A DNA stretch of 64,000 bases from the human T2T-CHM13v2.0 reference genome, Homo sapiens. This document shows positions 1 through 22,376 of the stretch, piece after piece. The stretch's first letter is position 1, and the number at the start of each line of letters is the position of its first letter. Below the pieces are notes generated by a model that ran no database searches, was not told the DNA's origin, and saw only the letters and a list, made by a program, of their open reading frames with translations. The position numbers were made by a program, and so were the translations under genes. Where the stretch lies: NCBI RefSeq assembly GCF_009914755.1, contig NC_060934.1. One strand, written 5' to 3'.

Positions 1-2318
1 TTTCCTAGGTATATTATTCTCTTTGAAGCAATTGTGAATGGGATTTCACTCATGATTTGGCTCTCCATTTGTCTGTTATTGGTGTATAAGAATGCTTGTG
101 ATTTTTGCAAATTGATTTTATATCCTGAGACTTTGCTGAAGTTGCTTATCAGCTTAAGGAGAGTTTGGGCTGAGATGATGGGGTTTTCTAAATATACAAT
201 CATGCCATCTGCAAACATGGACAATATGACTTCCTCATTTCCTAATTGAATACCCTTTATTTCTTTATCCTGTCTGATTGCCCTGGCCAGAACTTCCAGC
301 CCTATGTTGAATACGAGTGGTGAGAGAAGGCATTCCTGTCTTGTGCCAGTTTTCAAAGGGAATGCTTCCAGTTTTTGCCCATTCAGTATGATATTGGCTG
401 TGGGTTTGTCATATATAGCTCTTATTATTTTGAGATACGTCCCATCAATACCTAATTTATTGAGCGTTTTTAGCATGAAAGGCTGTTGAATTTTGTCAAA
501 GGACCTTGTGCATCTATTGAGATAATCATGTGGTTTTTGTCTTTGGTTCTGTTTATATGCTGGATTACGTTTATTGATTTTCGTATGTTGAGCCAGCCTT
601 GCATACCAGGGATGAAGCCTACTTGATCATGGTGGATAAGCTTTTTGATGTGCTGCTGGATTTGGTTTGCCAGCATTTTATTGAGGATTTTTGCATCGAT
701 GTTCATCAGGGATATTGGTCTAAAATTCTCTTTTTTGGTTGTGCCTCTGCCAGGCTTTGGTATCAGGATGATGGTGGCTTCATAAAATGAGTTAGGGAGG
801 ATTCCCTCTTTTTCTGTTGATTGCAATAGTTTCAGAAGGAATGGTACCATCTCCTCCTTGTACATATGGTACAATTCGGCTGTGAATCAGTCTGGTCCTG
901 GTCTTTTTTTGGTTGTTAGGCTACTAATTATTTCCTCAATTTCAGAGCCTGTTATTGGTCTATTCAGGGATTCAACTCCCTCCTGGTTTAGTCTTGGGAG
1001 GGTGTATTTGTCGAGGAATTTATCCATTTCTTCTAGTTTTTCTAGTTTACTTGTGCAGAGGTGTTTATAATATTCTCTGATTGTAGTTTGTATCTCTGTG
1101 GGATCAGTGGTGATATCCCCTTTATCATTTTTTATTGCATCTATTTGATTCTTCTCTCTTTTCTTCTTTATTAGTCTTGCTAGTGGTCTATCAATTTTGT
1201 TGATCTTTTCAAAAAACCAGCTCCTGGATTCATTGATTTTTTGTAGGTTTTTTTTTTTTTTTTTGTCTCTATCTCCTTCAGTTCTGCTCTGATCTTAGTT
1301 ATTTCTTGCCTTCTTCTAGCTTTTGAATGTGTTTTCTCTTGCTTCTCTAGTTCTTTTAATTGTGATGTTAGGGTGTCAATTTTAGATCTTCCCTGCTTTC
1401 TCTTCTGGGCATTCAGTGCTATAAATTTCCCTGTACACACTGCTTTAAATGTGTCCAAGAGATTCTGGTATGTTGTGTCTTTGTTTTTGTTGGTTTCAAA
1501 GAACATTTTTATTTCTGCCTTCATTTCGTTATGTACCTGGCAGTCATTCAGGAGCAGGTTGTTCAGTTTCCTTGTAGTTGAGCGGTTTTGAGTGGGCTTC
1601 TTAATCCTGAGTTCTAGTTTCATTGCACTGTGGTCTGAGAGACAGTTTGTTAAAATTTCTTTTCTTTTACATTTGCTGAGGATTGCTTTACTTCCAACTA
1701 TGTGGTCAGTTTTGGAATACGTCCGATGTGGTGCTGAGAAGAATGTATATTCTGTTAATTTGGGATGGAGAGTGCTGCAGATGTCTATTAGGTCTGCTTA
1801 GTGCAGAGCTGAGTTCAATTCCTGGATATCCTCGTTAACTTTCTGTCTCATTGATCTGTCTAATGTTGACAGTGGGGTGTTAAAGTCTCCCATTATTATT
1901 GTGTGGGAGTCTAAGTCTCTTTGTAGGTCTCTAGGGACTAGCTTTATGAATCTGGGTGCTCCTGTATTGGGTGCATATATATTTAGGATAGTTGCTCTTC
2001 TTGTTGAATTTCTCCCTTTACCATTATGTAATGGCTTTCTTTGTCTCTTTTGATCTTTATTGATTTAAAGTCTGTTTTACCTGAGACTAGGATTGCAACC
2101 CCTGCTTTTTTTTGTTTTCCATTTGCTTGGTAGATCTTCCTCCATCCCTTTATTTTGAGCCTATGTGTGTCTCTGCATGTGAGATGGGTCTCCTGGACAC
2201 AGCACACTGATGGGTCTTGACTCTTTATCCAATTTACCAGTCCATTTCTTTTAATTGGAGCATTTAGCCCATTTACATTTAAGGTTAATATTTTTATGTG
2301 TGAATTTGATTCTGTTAT
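1..2318 (-). pseudogene. L1 ORF2 remnant (endonuclease to reverse transcriptase), disrupted
   Basis: Fragments 1983-2207, 1180-1623 and 470-874 match ORF2p. Start codon is mutated to ATA at 2316-2318; several frameshifts and stops. Confidence 0.92.
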
Positions 2319-2381
2319 TATGATGTTAGCTGATTATTTTGCTTGTTAGTTGATGCAGTTTCTTTGTAGCATCAATGGTCT

Positions 2382-3398
2382 TTATAATTTGGCATGTTTT
2401 TGCATTGGCTGGTACCGGTCATTTGTTTCCTTGTTTAGTGCTTCCTTCAGGAGCTCTTTTAGGGCAGGCCTGGTGGTGAGAAAATCTCTCAGCATTTGCT
2501 TGTCTGTAAAGGATTTCATTTCTCCTCCAATTATGAAGCTTAGTTTGGCTGGATACAAAATTCTGGGTTTAAAATTCTCTTCTTTAATAATGTTGAATAT
2601 TGGCCCCCACTCTCTTCTGGCTTGTAGAGTTTCTGCTGACAGATCCGCTGTTAGTCTGATGGGCTTCCCTTTCTGGGTAACCGACCTTTCTCTCTGGCTG
2701 CCCTTAACATTTTTTTCCTTCATTTCAACTTTGGTGAGTCTGAAAATTATGTGTCTTGGAGTTGCTCTTCTTGAGGAGTATCTTTGTGGCGTTCTCTGTA
2801 TTTCCTGAATTTGAATGTTGGCCTGCCTTGCTAGGTTGGGGACATTCTCCTGGATAATATCCTGCAGAGTGTTTTCCAATTTTGTTCCATTCTCCCCATC
2901 ACTTTCAGGTACACCAATCAGATGTAGATTTGGTCTTTTCACATAGTCCCATATTTCTTGGAGGCTTTGTTCATTACTTTTTACTCTTTTTTTCTCTAAA
3001 CTTCTCATCTTGCTTCATTTCATTCATTTGATCTTCAATCACTGATACCCTTTCTTCGAGGTGATCAAATTGGCTACTGAAGCTTGTGCATTCATCACGT
3101 AGTTCTCGTGCTATGGTTTTCAGTTCCATCAGGTCATTTAAGGTCTTCTCTACACTGCTTATTCTAGTTAGCCATTTGTCTAATCTTTTTTCAAGGTTTT
3201 TAGCTTCTTTGCGATGGCCTCAAACTTCTTCCTTTAGCTTGGAGAAGTTTGATCATCTGAAGTCTTCTTCTCTCAACTCATCGAAGTCATTCTCAATTCA
3301 GCTTTGTTCTGTTGCTGGTGAGGAGCTGCATTCCTTTGGAGGGGGATAGGTGCTCTGATTTTTAGAATTTTCAGCTTTTCTGCTCTGTTTTTTCCCAT
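2382..3398 (-). pseudogene. L1 ORF1 remnant, disrupted
   Basis: ATG at 3396-3398 (minus). ORF 2382-3008 encodes the ORF1p RRM/CTD region ending QKHAKL; the N-terminal part is frameshifted. Confidence 0.92.
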
Positions 3399-4424
3399 CT
3401 TTGTGGTTATGTCTACCTTTGGTCTTTGATGATGGTGATGTACAGATGGGGTTTTGGTGTGGATGTCTTTTCTTCTTGTTAGTTTTCCTTCTAACAGTCA
3501 GAACCCTCAGCTGCAGGTCTGTTGGAGTTTGCTGGAGGTCCACTCCAGACCCTGTTTGCCTGGGTATCAGCAGCAGAGGCTGCAGAACAGCAAATGTTGC
3601 TGAACAGCAAATGTTGCTGCCTGATCATTCCTCTGGAAGGTTTTTCTCAGAGAGGTACCTGGCCGCGTGAGGTGTCACTCTGCTCCTTATGCAGGATTCC
3701 TCCCAGTTAGGCTACTCTGGGGTCAGAGACGCACTTGAGGAGGCAGTCTGTCCATTCTCAGATCTCAAACTCCATGCTGGGAGAACCACTACTCTCTTCA
3801 AAGCTGTCAGACAGTGACATTTAAGTCTGCAGAGGTTTCTGCTGCCTTTTGTTCAGCTATGCCCTCCCCCCAGATGTGGAGTCTATAGAGGCAGGCAGGC
3901 CTCCTTGAGCTGCGGTGGGCTCCACCTGGTTCAAGCTTCCTGGCCACTTTGTTTACCTACTCAAGCCTCAGCAATGGTGGGCACCCATACCCCAGCCTCG
4001 CTGCTGCCTTGCAATTCAATCTCAGATGGCGGTGCTAGCAATGAGCAAGGCTCCATGGGTGCGTGGGACCCTCTGAGCCAGGCACGGGATATAATATCCT
4101 GGTGCGCCATTTGCTAAGACCATTGGAAAAGCGCAGTATTGGGGTGGGAGTGACCCGATTTTCCAGGTGCCGTCTGTCACTGCTTCCCTTGGCTAGGAAT
4201 GGGAATTCCCTGACCCCTTGTGCTTCCTGGGTGAGGTGATGCCTCTCCTGCTTCGGCTCATGCTCGGTGGGTTGCACCCACTATCCTGTTCCCACTGTCT
4301 GACAAGCCCCTGTGAGATGAACCCGGTACCTCAGTTGAAAATGCAGAAATCACCCATCTTCTGCATCACTCACGCTGGGATCTGTAGACTGGAGCTGTTC
4401 CTATTCGACCATCTTGGAACCGCC
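3399..4424 (-). promoter_or_regulatory. L1 5' UTR internal sense promoter (YY1 site ~4409-4418) with antisense promoter/ORF0 region on + strand
   Basis: CCATCTTGG (reverse complement of the YY1 motif CCAAGATGG) at the element end. ORF0-type ATG in GCAATGG context at 3974. Donor-like CAG|GTGCCG at 4164-4172. CpGs are heavily decayed, so activity is unknown. Confidence 0.7.
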
Positions 4425-5561
4425 GTGACTACCTTAAATAATACCTATACACAGCAAACTGTTAGTGTTTTTGTTGTAATTAAGTGTAGTAAACTGTACC
4501 TTCCAAATTATATCTGAAATAATTTGTCAAACACTTGTTGAAGTTTTTGATTTACTCAAAATTCTATGCTCAGCAGCTGGAGGTAGGAACAGTAAGTGTC
4601 CTCCTTTACTCTTATGTAGAGGCATACTTTCTCATGAGGTGAATACTCTTCAAGAATTAGTATCTTGTAGCTAGTGGTGAATTTGACTAATTAGTGTACC
4701 AAAAAACATTTTTTGGTGTGGCTGCTGGCAAAGAGATCCAAGAGAGTAGATGGAGTCAAGCTTGCTGAAACAAAGAAAGAGAAAAGCATTATTTTAGGCA
4801 GAGAGCAGGGGTAGAGCAGGAAAATGCCTAGGTGCAGGTTAGATGATTTTTATAGAATGATATTAATCAACTTTTGAAATGAATGGAAAGTATTCCCTGA
4901 GAGTCTCCTTTGAGTCATGTCATGGCAGTCTTATTTAAACATGAAGTGAAAGTTAAATTTTTTAAATTGTCATTTTTGTCACCTGTTTTCAGGGTGTCAG
5001 AGAATATTTAAGTGATACTCTTTTTATCCTCCGCATAAGAAAACAGGACTAGAGAAACCTATGGCTTCCTCACTTGTTGGTGGTCTAGTAGCCCTGGCAC
5101 ACAGAGCCTCTGAATCTGAAACACTTGTTTTGTCACAATATTGCCTGAAATAATACGTTTAGGATTAGTAACTTAGTAAATGCATTAGTCTTGTATTCAT
5201 TGCAATAAAATGTTCTTGCACCAGTATTATTTAATACATTACATTTTATCATAGTAAATAAATAATAGAAATAGAAGTTCTTGGCTGCTTTATATTGCTG
5301 TAGCAAAAAACAATGAAACCTTATTTTAAACTTTTCTCATTATTTATAAATGGAATTCATGAGATCCTTTTTTAGGTTTGATGACAGGTACCATATTAAG
5401 GGAAGCATTTTATAACCCATGTCTCCAACACCATCTCTGGAAGTTAAGAGCCTCCAATGTGTTTTCTATAGAGTGCATATGATACCACACTCAGGCAGTT
5501 CATGGAGTGTAAGAAATATCTTAGTGTTTTGTCATTTGACATTTTCACCAAGAAAAAATAA

Positions 5562-5702
<141 letters not shown>

Positions 5703-6600
5703 TGAGTACAACTATACTGTCAAGGGAGAGACTCCTTTTATTCTAAAAGTATTTCAGCCTTTTGGTTGTACTCTTCTGCAAGCAGTTTAAAAAATTGAAG
5801 TCCACTGTATATTGATACCCAGATTATAAGTATCAATTTCTCTTTTAATCTTAGACGTCAGGGTGGAAGGAAAAATCAGTTAGCAAATAAGCAATCCCAG
5901 AAAAAGTGCAGCTATTTATTTGATGCCTTTATACCTTAAAACAATGTTGAACACAGTGAGAAGGATAGGTTCCCTTTATTGAATGTCTTTTTGTGAAAAA
6001 TTAGTTTTTCAATGTGTTACAGGCCTAAATCAATGTGTACTACTTTGGACATTAGTCTTGGAAGAAGGAACAGCTTTTTCTCTTCTGCCACCACCGTGTA
6101 TCTGCATTTGAGTTTCTCCCATTGTGCATTAACACTTCATGTGCCACAAAGATGTGCTTTGAGAGCACCCTGAGATGAAGTTTATTTTAAAAGGAACAAC
6201 AACCAACACCACCACCAACTCCATAGAGGCTGTCCAGTGTACATTGTTATAATCTCCTTCGGTTATGAGTCTTATTTTTAAAGTTTGGTAAGTGTTAATT
6301 TAGAATATTAATGTGTTTATCTTTAATTTTACTTTTCATCCCATAAATGTAACCAGCTTATAAACAATTTCGTTTTGAATGCACTAGCCTTTTTAGCTAA
6401 TTCAATCATCAGTAACTTTAACTTTAATTAGAAATGGCAAGTTTACATGCATAATGTCACTTTCCTCCCTTTCTTATAACAATAATTGAGATGAAATTGT
6501 GTTTCAGCAAAAACTGGACTCAAACTCTATCTCAAGTCATGAGCTTTGGGACCGAATGAGTAATCACTAAATGTCTGTAGTCAACCAAGTCTCTTAAATG

Positions 6601-6896
<296 letters not shown>

Positions 6897-6914
6897 TTCT
6901 CTTAAATTTTTGAG

Positions 6915-6931
6915 ACACACACACACACACA
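6915..6931. repeat. short (AC)n microsatellite
   Basis: acacacacacacacaca run directly visible. Confidence 0.85.
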
Positions 6932-7481
6932 AACCACAACACCAAAAAGCTTCTTGGCACCAAAAAACACTACTTGGCTACAATCCCTGGCTTCTTTTCA
7001 ATTGAAAAGATTTTGATGTGTTAGCAACAATTCAAAAGTAGCTTTGAAGGTTAATCTTGCTCAAACAAATTTCATGCTTTTTTCCTCATTATTCTAATTT
7101 TTAGGAATCTATTTTGAAAGTAAAGTAAGTTTTAACTCGCCATCAGCAAGTTTGAGTAATGATCATTTGGTATATTTACTATTGGTGAAATAAAGGTTTA
7201 TTGAGCAAATTAATAGGGCAAATTAGCTTCAAGAAAAGATTTTGAAAACTGTTCATCACGAGTTAGTAGTGCACTGTTGTCAATGGGATAAGTGGAACGC
7301 ATTGGGATCAGTTTTGCAAAGTTTTTTTCAAAATACATGTCTGCATACACATGTTTCTTCCCATCTCCACTTTCCCTCTATCTCTAGGCACTGAGAAGCC
7401 TTTTAGGAAAATAGGGATGGAAGTGAGGCATCTTTATGTGAAGAAAAGCATCCCAGAAGATTCTGATTTTTCACTCCAACT

Positions 7482-7657
7482 CAATCATTCCAAACTTTTC
7501 TGCACATTGAAGTCACCTGGGAAACTTTTAAGAACACCCCAATGCCCAAACTCATACCCAATACTAATTAAATCAAAATGCCTCATGTTGAAATTGAGGC
7601 AGTTATTAAAGCTTCTCCGGTGATTTTAATGTGCAACAAAGTTTGAGAGATACTGCC
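7482..7657. mobile_element. MER5-family (hAT-Charlie) non-autonomous DNA transposon relic
   Basis: Imperfect inverted ends: caaacttttctgcacattgaagtcacctggga ... tctccggtgattttaatgtgcaacaaagtttg; ~175 bp. Confidence 0.75.
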
Positions 7658-7689
7658 TAATTTGAGTTTAGGTTGAGAAACTGCACCTA

Positions 7690-7815
7690 CTTGGTGGGGC
7701 CTTGGACAAATTAGTTTTAAGGTGCATTTTCCTGGGATCTGTAAAATGAGTGTTGCATTAAATGGCATGTAAGGTCATTGGTCCTTTCTAGCATATAACT
7801 TCAAATTCTGTGATT
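7690..7815 (+). mobile_element. MIR-family SINE fragment
   Basis: ccttggacaaatta ... atctgtaaaatgag ... taaggtc ... ttctagc ... aaattctgtgatt resembles the MIR core and 3' end; highly diverged. Confidence 0.5.
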
Positions 7816-8403
7816 TTAAAATGATTTCAGAGATGAAAACTACTTGAAGCACTATAGACATATCCATCTTAAATGCTAATGTCACAGGCTTTTTAAAAAG
7901 TGCTAATATTGTATAGACCTATTACTAAAATTGAGATTTGCCTTCCCTCAGTTATTTTGAGCCTCATTCTAGATGCTGAGGGCAAATGGAAGCACATAAC
8001 TTATGTAAGAGAGCTCCTTGTTTTGTGATACACAGTATCTGTGAGTAACTTAGGAATACAGTTACCTATATCTGAAGAGGTGTATCTGTTCATAAATATT
8101 TCAGGTAAACTAGTTGAAGGTACCTGCCATTCACATTACACTGTGTCATGTTACACTGCTTTGTTACCACAGCTTATTTTATTTTAGGATCACTGCACCT
8201 ATCATTGATTTCCTGTGTGCTTATGTTTACTAATATATTTTTAAATAATTATGCAAAAGTGATTTCAAATAATTTTATTTTTTGTAAAGCACTTTCATTA
8301 CATTATGTATTTTTAGGGAAATAATTTAAAAATTGGTGGTTAGGGGATAGTGATCTAAACTAAAATGCAGGGTCTAACATCTTAAAAAAGCAACCACTAC
8401 TCA

Positions 8404-11400
8404 GTTGAATCAAAAGAATGGTTTAACTCTCTGAGTTAAATCCATAAATCTCCTCAGTTTCACAGATAGCTTCTTCAAGTTTCTATCATGGGATATTAGA
8501 TATTTCCCCATAGGCCTCAATGGGCTCCCAAATGTTACTTCATAGATCCTCTAAAAAGAGTGTTTTGAACCTGATGAATCAAAGGAAAAGTTCAACTCTG
8601 TGAGATGAATCCAAACATAATAAAGCAGTTTCACAGATAGATTCTTTCTAGTTTTTATCCAGGAATATTAGTGTTTTTTTCCATAGGCCACAATGGGCTC
8701 CCAATGTCCCTTTGTATATTCTCCAAAAAGTGTTTCCAACCTGCTCAATAAAAAGGGTGGTTTAACTCTGTGAGATGATTCCACACATCACAAGGTAGTT
8801 TCACAGATAACTTCTTCCTAGTTTTTATCTGGGGATATTTCGGTTTCGCCCCATAGGCCTAAAAGCGCTCCCTAATGTCCCTTCACAGATTTTCCACAAA
8901 GAGTGTTTCCAACCTGGTGAATCAAAAGAAAGTTTTAACTTCAGATAAATCCACACATGACAAAGCACTTTCACAGATAGCTTCCTTCAAGTTTTTATCT
9001 GGGATATTCAGATTTTCCCCATAGGCCTCAATGGGATCCCAAATGTCGCTTTGCAGATTTTCTAAAAAAGAGTGTTTCCAACCTGCTGAATCAAAAGAAG
9101 GGTTTTGCTCTATGAAATGAATCCACACATCACCTCACTTTCACACATAGCTTCTTTGAGTTTCCATGTTGGGATATTCAGTTTTTCTCCATAGGCCTCA
9201 AAGGGCTCCCAAATGTTCCTTCATAGATTCTCTAAAAAGAGTGTTTCAACCTGCTGAATGAAAAGAAAGTTTTAACTTGGTAAGATGAATCCACACATTA
9301 CAAAGCAGTTTCACAGGTAGCTTCTTTCTAGTTTATATCTGGGGGTATTTGGCTTTTCCACATAGGCCTAAATGGGCTCCCAAGTGTCCCTTAGCATATT
9401 CTCCTAAAAGAGTGTTTCCAACCTGCTGAGTCAAAAGAATGGTTTAACTGTGAAATAAATACATATATCACATCAGTTTCACATGGGATATTAGATTTAT
9501 CCCCATAGGCCTCAAAGGGCTCCCAAATGTTTCTTTGCAGATCCTCTAAAAAGAGTGTTTTCAACCTGCTGAATCAAAGGAAAGGTTCAACTCTGTGAGA
9601 TGAATCCACATATCACAAAGCAGTTTCACAGATAGCTTTCTTTTTAGTTTTTATCCAGTGATATTAGTTTTTTTTCCCCATAGGCCACAATGGGCTCCAA
9701 ATTGTCCCTTTGCATATTCTCCAAAAAGTGTTTCCAACATACTGAATCAAAAGAGTGGTTTAACTCTCTGAGATGAATCCACACATAACAAAGTATTTTC
9801 ACAGATAGCTTCTTCTTAGTTTTTAATCTCGGGTTATTTCGGTTTTGCTCCATAGGCCTTAAAGCACTCCCAAATGTCCCTTCACAGATTTTCCACAAAG
9901 AGTGTTTCCAACGTGGTGAAACGGAAGAAAGGTTTAACCCTGCAAGATAAATCCACACATCACAAAGCACTTTCACAGATAGATTCTTTCAAGTTTGTAT
10001 CTGTGATATTCAGTTTTTCCCAAAAGGCCTCAATGGAATCCCAAATGTCCCTTCACAGATCCTCCAAAAAGAGTGTTTCCAACCTGCTGAATCAAAAGAA
10101 TGGTTTTACTCTGTAAAATGAATACACACCTCACATCACTTTCACATATAGCTTCTTTTGAGTTTCTATCTTGGGATATTCAGTTTTTCTCCATAGGCCT
10201 CAAAGGGCTCCCAAATATTCCTTTGTAGATTCTCTAAAAAGAGTGTTTTCAACTTGCTGAATCACAGGACAGGTTTAACTCTGTAAGATGAATCCACACA
10301 TCACAAAGCAGTTTCACAGATAGATTCTTTCTATTGTTTCACTGGTGTAATTTGGTTTTTCTCCATAGGCCTCAATGGGTTTCAATATATCCCTTTGCAG
10401 ATTCTCCTAAATGAGTGTTTCTAACCCTGCTTAATCAAAATAAAGTTTTAATTCTGAGAGATGAACCCACACCTCACACAACTCACAAGGGAGTTTCATG
10501 AAGACCTATGTTCTAGTTTTGATCTCAGAATATTCAGCCTTTCCATATAGGCCTCAAACAACTCCCAAAAGTCCCTTTGCAGATTCTACCAAAAGAATGT
10601 TTCTAACTTTCTGAATCAAAAGAAAGTTTTAACTCTGTAAGATGAATCCACATATCACAAAGCAGTTTCACAGATAGTTTCTTTCTAGTTTTTATATGGG
10701 GATATTCGGTTTTTACTCATAGGCCTCAAGGGGCTCCCAAATGTCCATTTGCAGATTCTCCAGAAAGAGTGGTTCCAATCTGCTGAATCAAAATAAATGT
10801 TAAACCCTGTGACATGAATCCACACATCACAAAGCAGTTTCAAAAATAGCTTCTTTCTAGTTGTTTTCTGTGGATATTTCATTTTTACCCATAGGCCTCA
10901 ATGGGCTCCCAAGTGTTCCTTCACACATTATCCAAAAAGAGTGTTTTCAACCTGCTTAATCTAAAGAAAGGTTTATCTCTGTGAGATGAATCCATGTATC
11001 ACAAAGCAGGTTAACAGTTTCTTTCTGGTTTTTATCTGGAGATATTTGGTTTTCCCCATAGGTGATAATGGGCTCTGAAAAGTCCATCCACAGATTCTCC
11101 AAAAAGAGTGTTTCCCACCTGCTGAATCAAAAGAATGGTTTAACTCTGTGACCTGAATCCACACGTCACAACAGTTTCCCACATAAATTCTTTGGAGTTT
11201 CTATCTTAGGATATCCAGTTTTTCCCCATACACCTCAATGGGCTCCCAAATGTTCATTCATAGATTCTGCAAAAGGAGTGTTTTCAACCTGCCGCATCAA
11301 GAGAAACGTTTATCTCTGTGACATGAATCCACATATTTCAAGCAGTTTCACAGAGAACTTCTGTCTAGTTTTTTTCAGGAGATATTCCATTTTTTTTTCC

Positions 11401-12252
11401 TTAGGCCACAATGGGCTCAAAAATTTCCCTTCACATATTCTCCAAAAAGTGTTTCCAATCTACTGAATCAAAAGAATACTTTAACTCTTTGAGATGAATC
11501 CACATATCACAAAAGAGTTCCACAGACAGCTTCATTTGAGTTTTTTTCCTGGGGATATTCGTTTTTTTTCCCCCTTAGGTCCCAATGGGTTCCAAAATAT
11601 CCCTTCAGAGATACTTTGAAAAGAGTGTTTTCAACCTGCTGAATCAAAAGAAAGTTTTAATTCTCTGAGATGAAACCACACATCACAATCCAGTTTCACA
11701 GTTTGTTTCTTTTCAGTTTTTATCAAAGGATATTCAACTTTTTCTTATAGGCCTTAATGGGCTCCCATGTGTCCCTTCACAGATTTTCCACAAAGAGTGT
11801 TTCCAAACTGCTAAATTGAAAGAAAGTTTTAACTCTGTGGGAAGAATCGACACATCACAAAGCAGAGTCACAGATAGCTTCGTTCTAGTTTTTTTCTGGC
11901 GTTATTCTGTTTTTCCCGATAGGCTTCAATGGGTTCCCAAATGTCCATTCACAGATTATCCAAAAAGAGTGTTTCCAACATGCTGAAACAAAAGAAAGGT
12001 TTACCTCTGGGAGGTAAATCCACACGTCACAAAGCAGTTTCACAGATAGCTTCTTTCTGGTTTTTACCTGGTGATATTGGATTTTTCCAAATAGGCCACA
12101 ATGGGCTCCCAAATGTCCATTCGCAGGTTCTCCAAAAAGAGTATTTTCAACTTGCTGGATAAAAAGAAATGTTTAACTCTCTGAGATGAATCAACACATT
12201 ACAAAGCAGTTTCACAGATAGCTTCTTTCTAGTTTCTATCTGGGAATTTTTC
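8404..12252 (-). repeat. Monomeric alpha satellite, type A (old layer)
   Basis: ~171-bp tandem units with ccaacctgctgaatcaaaagaaaggtttaactctgtgagatgaatccacacatcacaaagcagtttcacagatagc, the reverse complement of the conventional alphoid consensus. No CENP-B box seen. Confidence 0.96.
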
Positions 12253-12262
12253 ATATTATCAT

Positions 12263-21244
<8,982 letters not shown>

Positions 21245-22376
21245 AAAAGTGTTTCCAACCTGCTGCATGAAAAGAAAGGTTTAACTCTGAGAGCTGAATC
21301 TACACATCACAAAGCAGTTTCAGAGGTAGCTTCTTTCTTTTTTATATCTGTGGATATTTGTATTTTGCTTATAGGCCTCAATGAGCTCCCAAATGTTCCT
21401 TCACATATTCTCCAAAAAGATTGTTTACAACCTTTTGAATAAGAAGAAAACTTTCACACCATGAGATGAATCCACATATCACAAATCAATTTCACAGATA
21501 ACTTCATTCTAGTTTCTATCTGGCAATCTTTGGTGTTTCCGCATAAGCCTCAATGGACTCCCAATGTTTCTTCACAGATTCTCCAAAAAAAAAGTGTTTC
21601 CAAACTGCTGAATCTAGAGAAAGTTTTAAATTGGTGCGATGAATACACACATCACAAAGCAGTTTCACACATAGCTTCTTTCTAGTTTTTGTCTGAGGAT
21701 ATTTTGTGTTTCTCCATAGGCTTCAATGAGCTCCCAAATATCTTTTCACAGATTGTACAATTAGAGTGTTTCCAACCTGCTGAATCAAAAGAAAAATTCA
21801 ATTATGTGTGATAGCCACACATTACAAAGCAGTTTCTCAGATAGTTTCCTTCCAGTTTTTATCTGGGAATATTCAATTTTTCCCCATAGGCCTTAATGGC
21901 TTCCCAAACATCCCTTCAGATATTCTCAAAAAAGAGTGTTTCTTACCTGCTAAATAAAAAAAAAAAAAAAATGTAACTCTGTAAGATGAATGCACACAAG
22001 ACAAAGCAGTTTCACAGATAGCTTCTTTCCAGTATTTTTCTGGGGATATTCTGTTTTTCCCCATATTCTTCAATGGGCTCACAAATGTCTTTTTGCAGAT
22101 TCTCCTAAAACAGTGTTTCTAAACTGAGGAATCAAAAGAATGGTTTAACTCTGTGAGATGAATATACAGATACAAAGCAGTTTCACAGACAGCTTTCTTG
22201 TAGTTTTTATCTTCGGATATTCAGTCTTCCCTGTTAGGTCACAATGGGCTCCCAAACGTTGCTTCACAGATTCTCCAAAAAGAGTGTTTCCAACCTGTGG
22301 AATCAAAAGAGGGTTTAACTCTGTGAGATAAATCCAGCCATCACAAAGCTGTTTCACAGATAGCTTATTTCTAGTT
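21245..22376 (-). repeat. Monomeric alpha satellite, type A
   Basis: ~171-bp units resume in register after the L1 tail. Confidence 0.95.

Larger units (their letters stand above)
1..4424 (-). mobile_element. LINE-1 (L1PA5/L1PA6-like), 5' UTR + ORF1 + 5' half of ORF2; continues beyond window start
   Basis: Reverse complement begins GGCGGTTCCAAGATGGTCGAATAGGAACAGCTCC (L1 5' end with YY1 core). Minus-strand ORFs give ORF1p (EQSLQEIWDYVKRPNL, ARREWGPIF) and ORF2p ([29 protein letters not shown]). The older 5' UTR segment at ~3525-3655 is retained. Confidence 0.95.

Noticed and set aside
34-3710. Plus-strand ORFs over the first L1 (and similar ones at 12831, 33092, 35804)
   Set aside because: Antisense frames of L1 ORF1/ORF2 that recur in all copies; no independent coding evidence.
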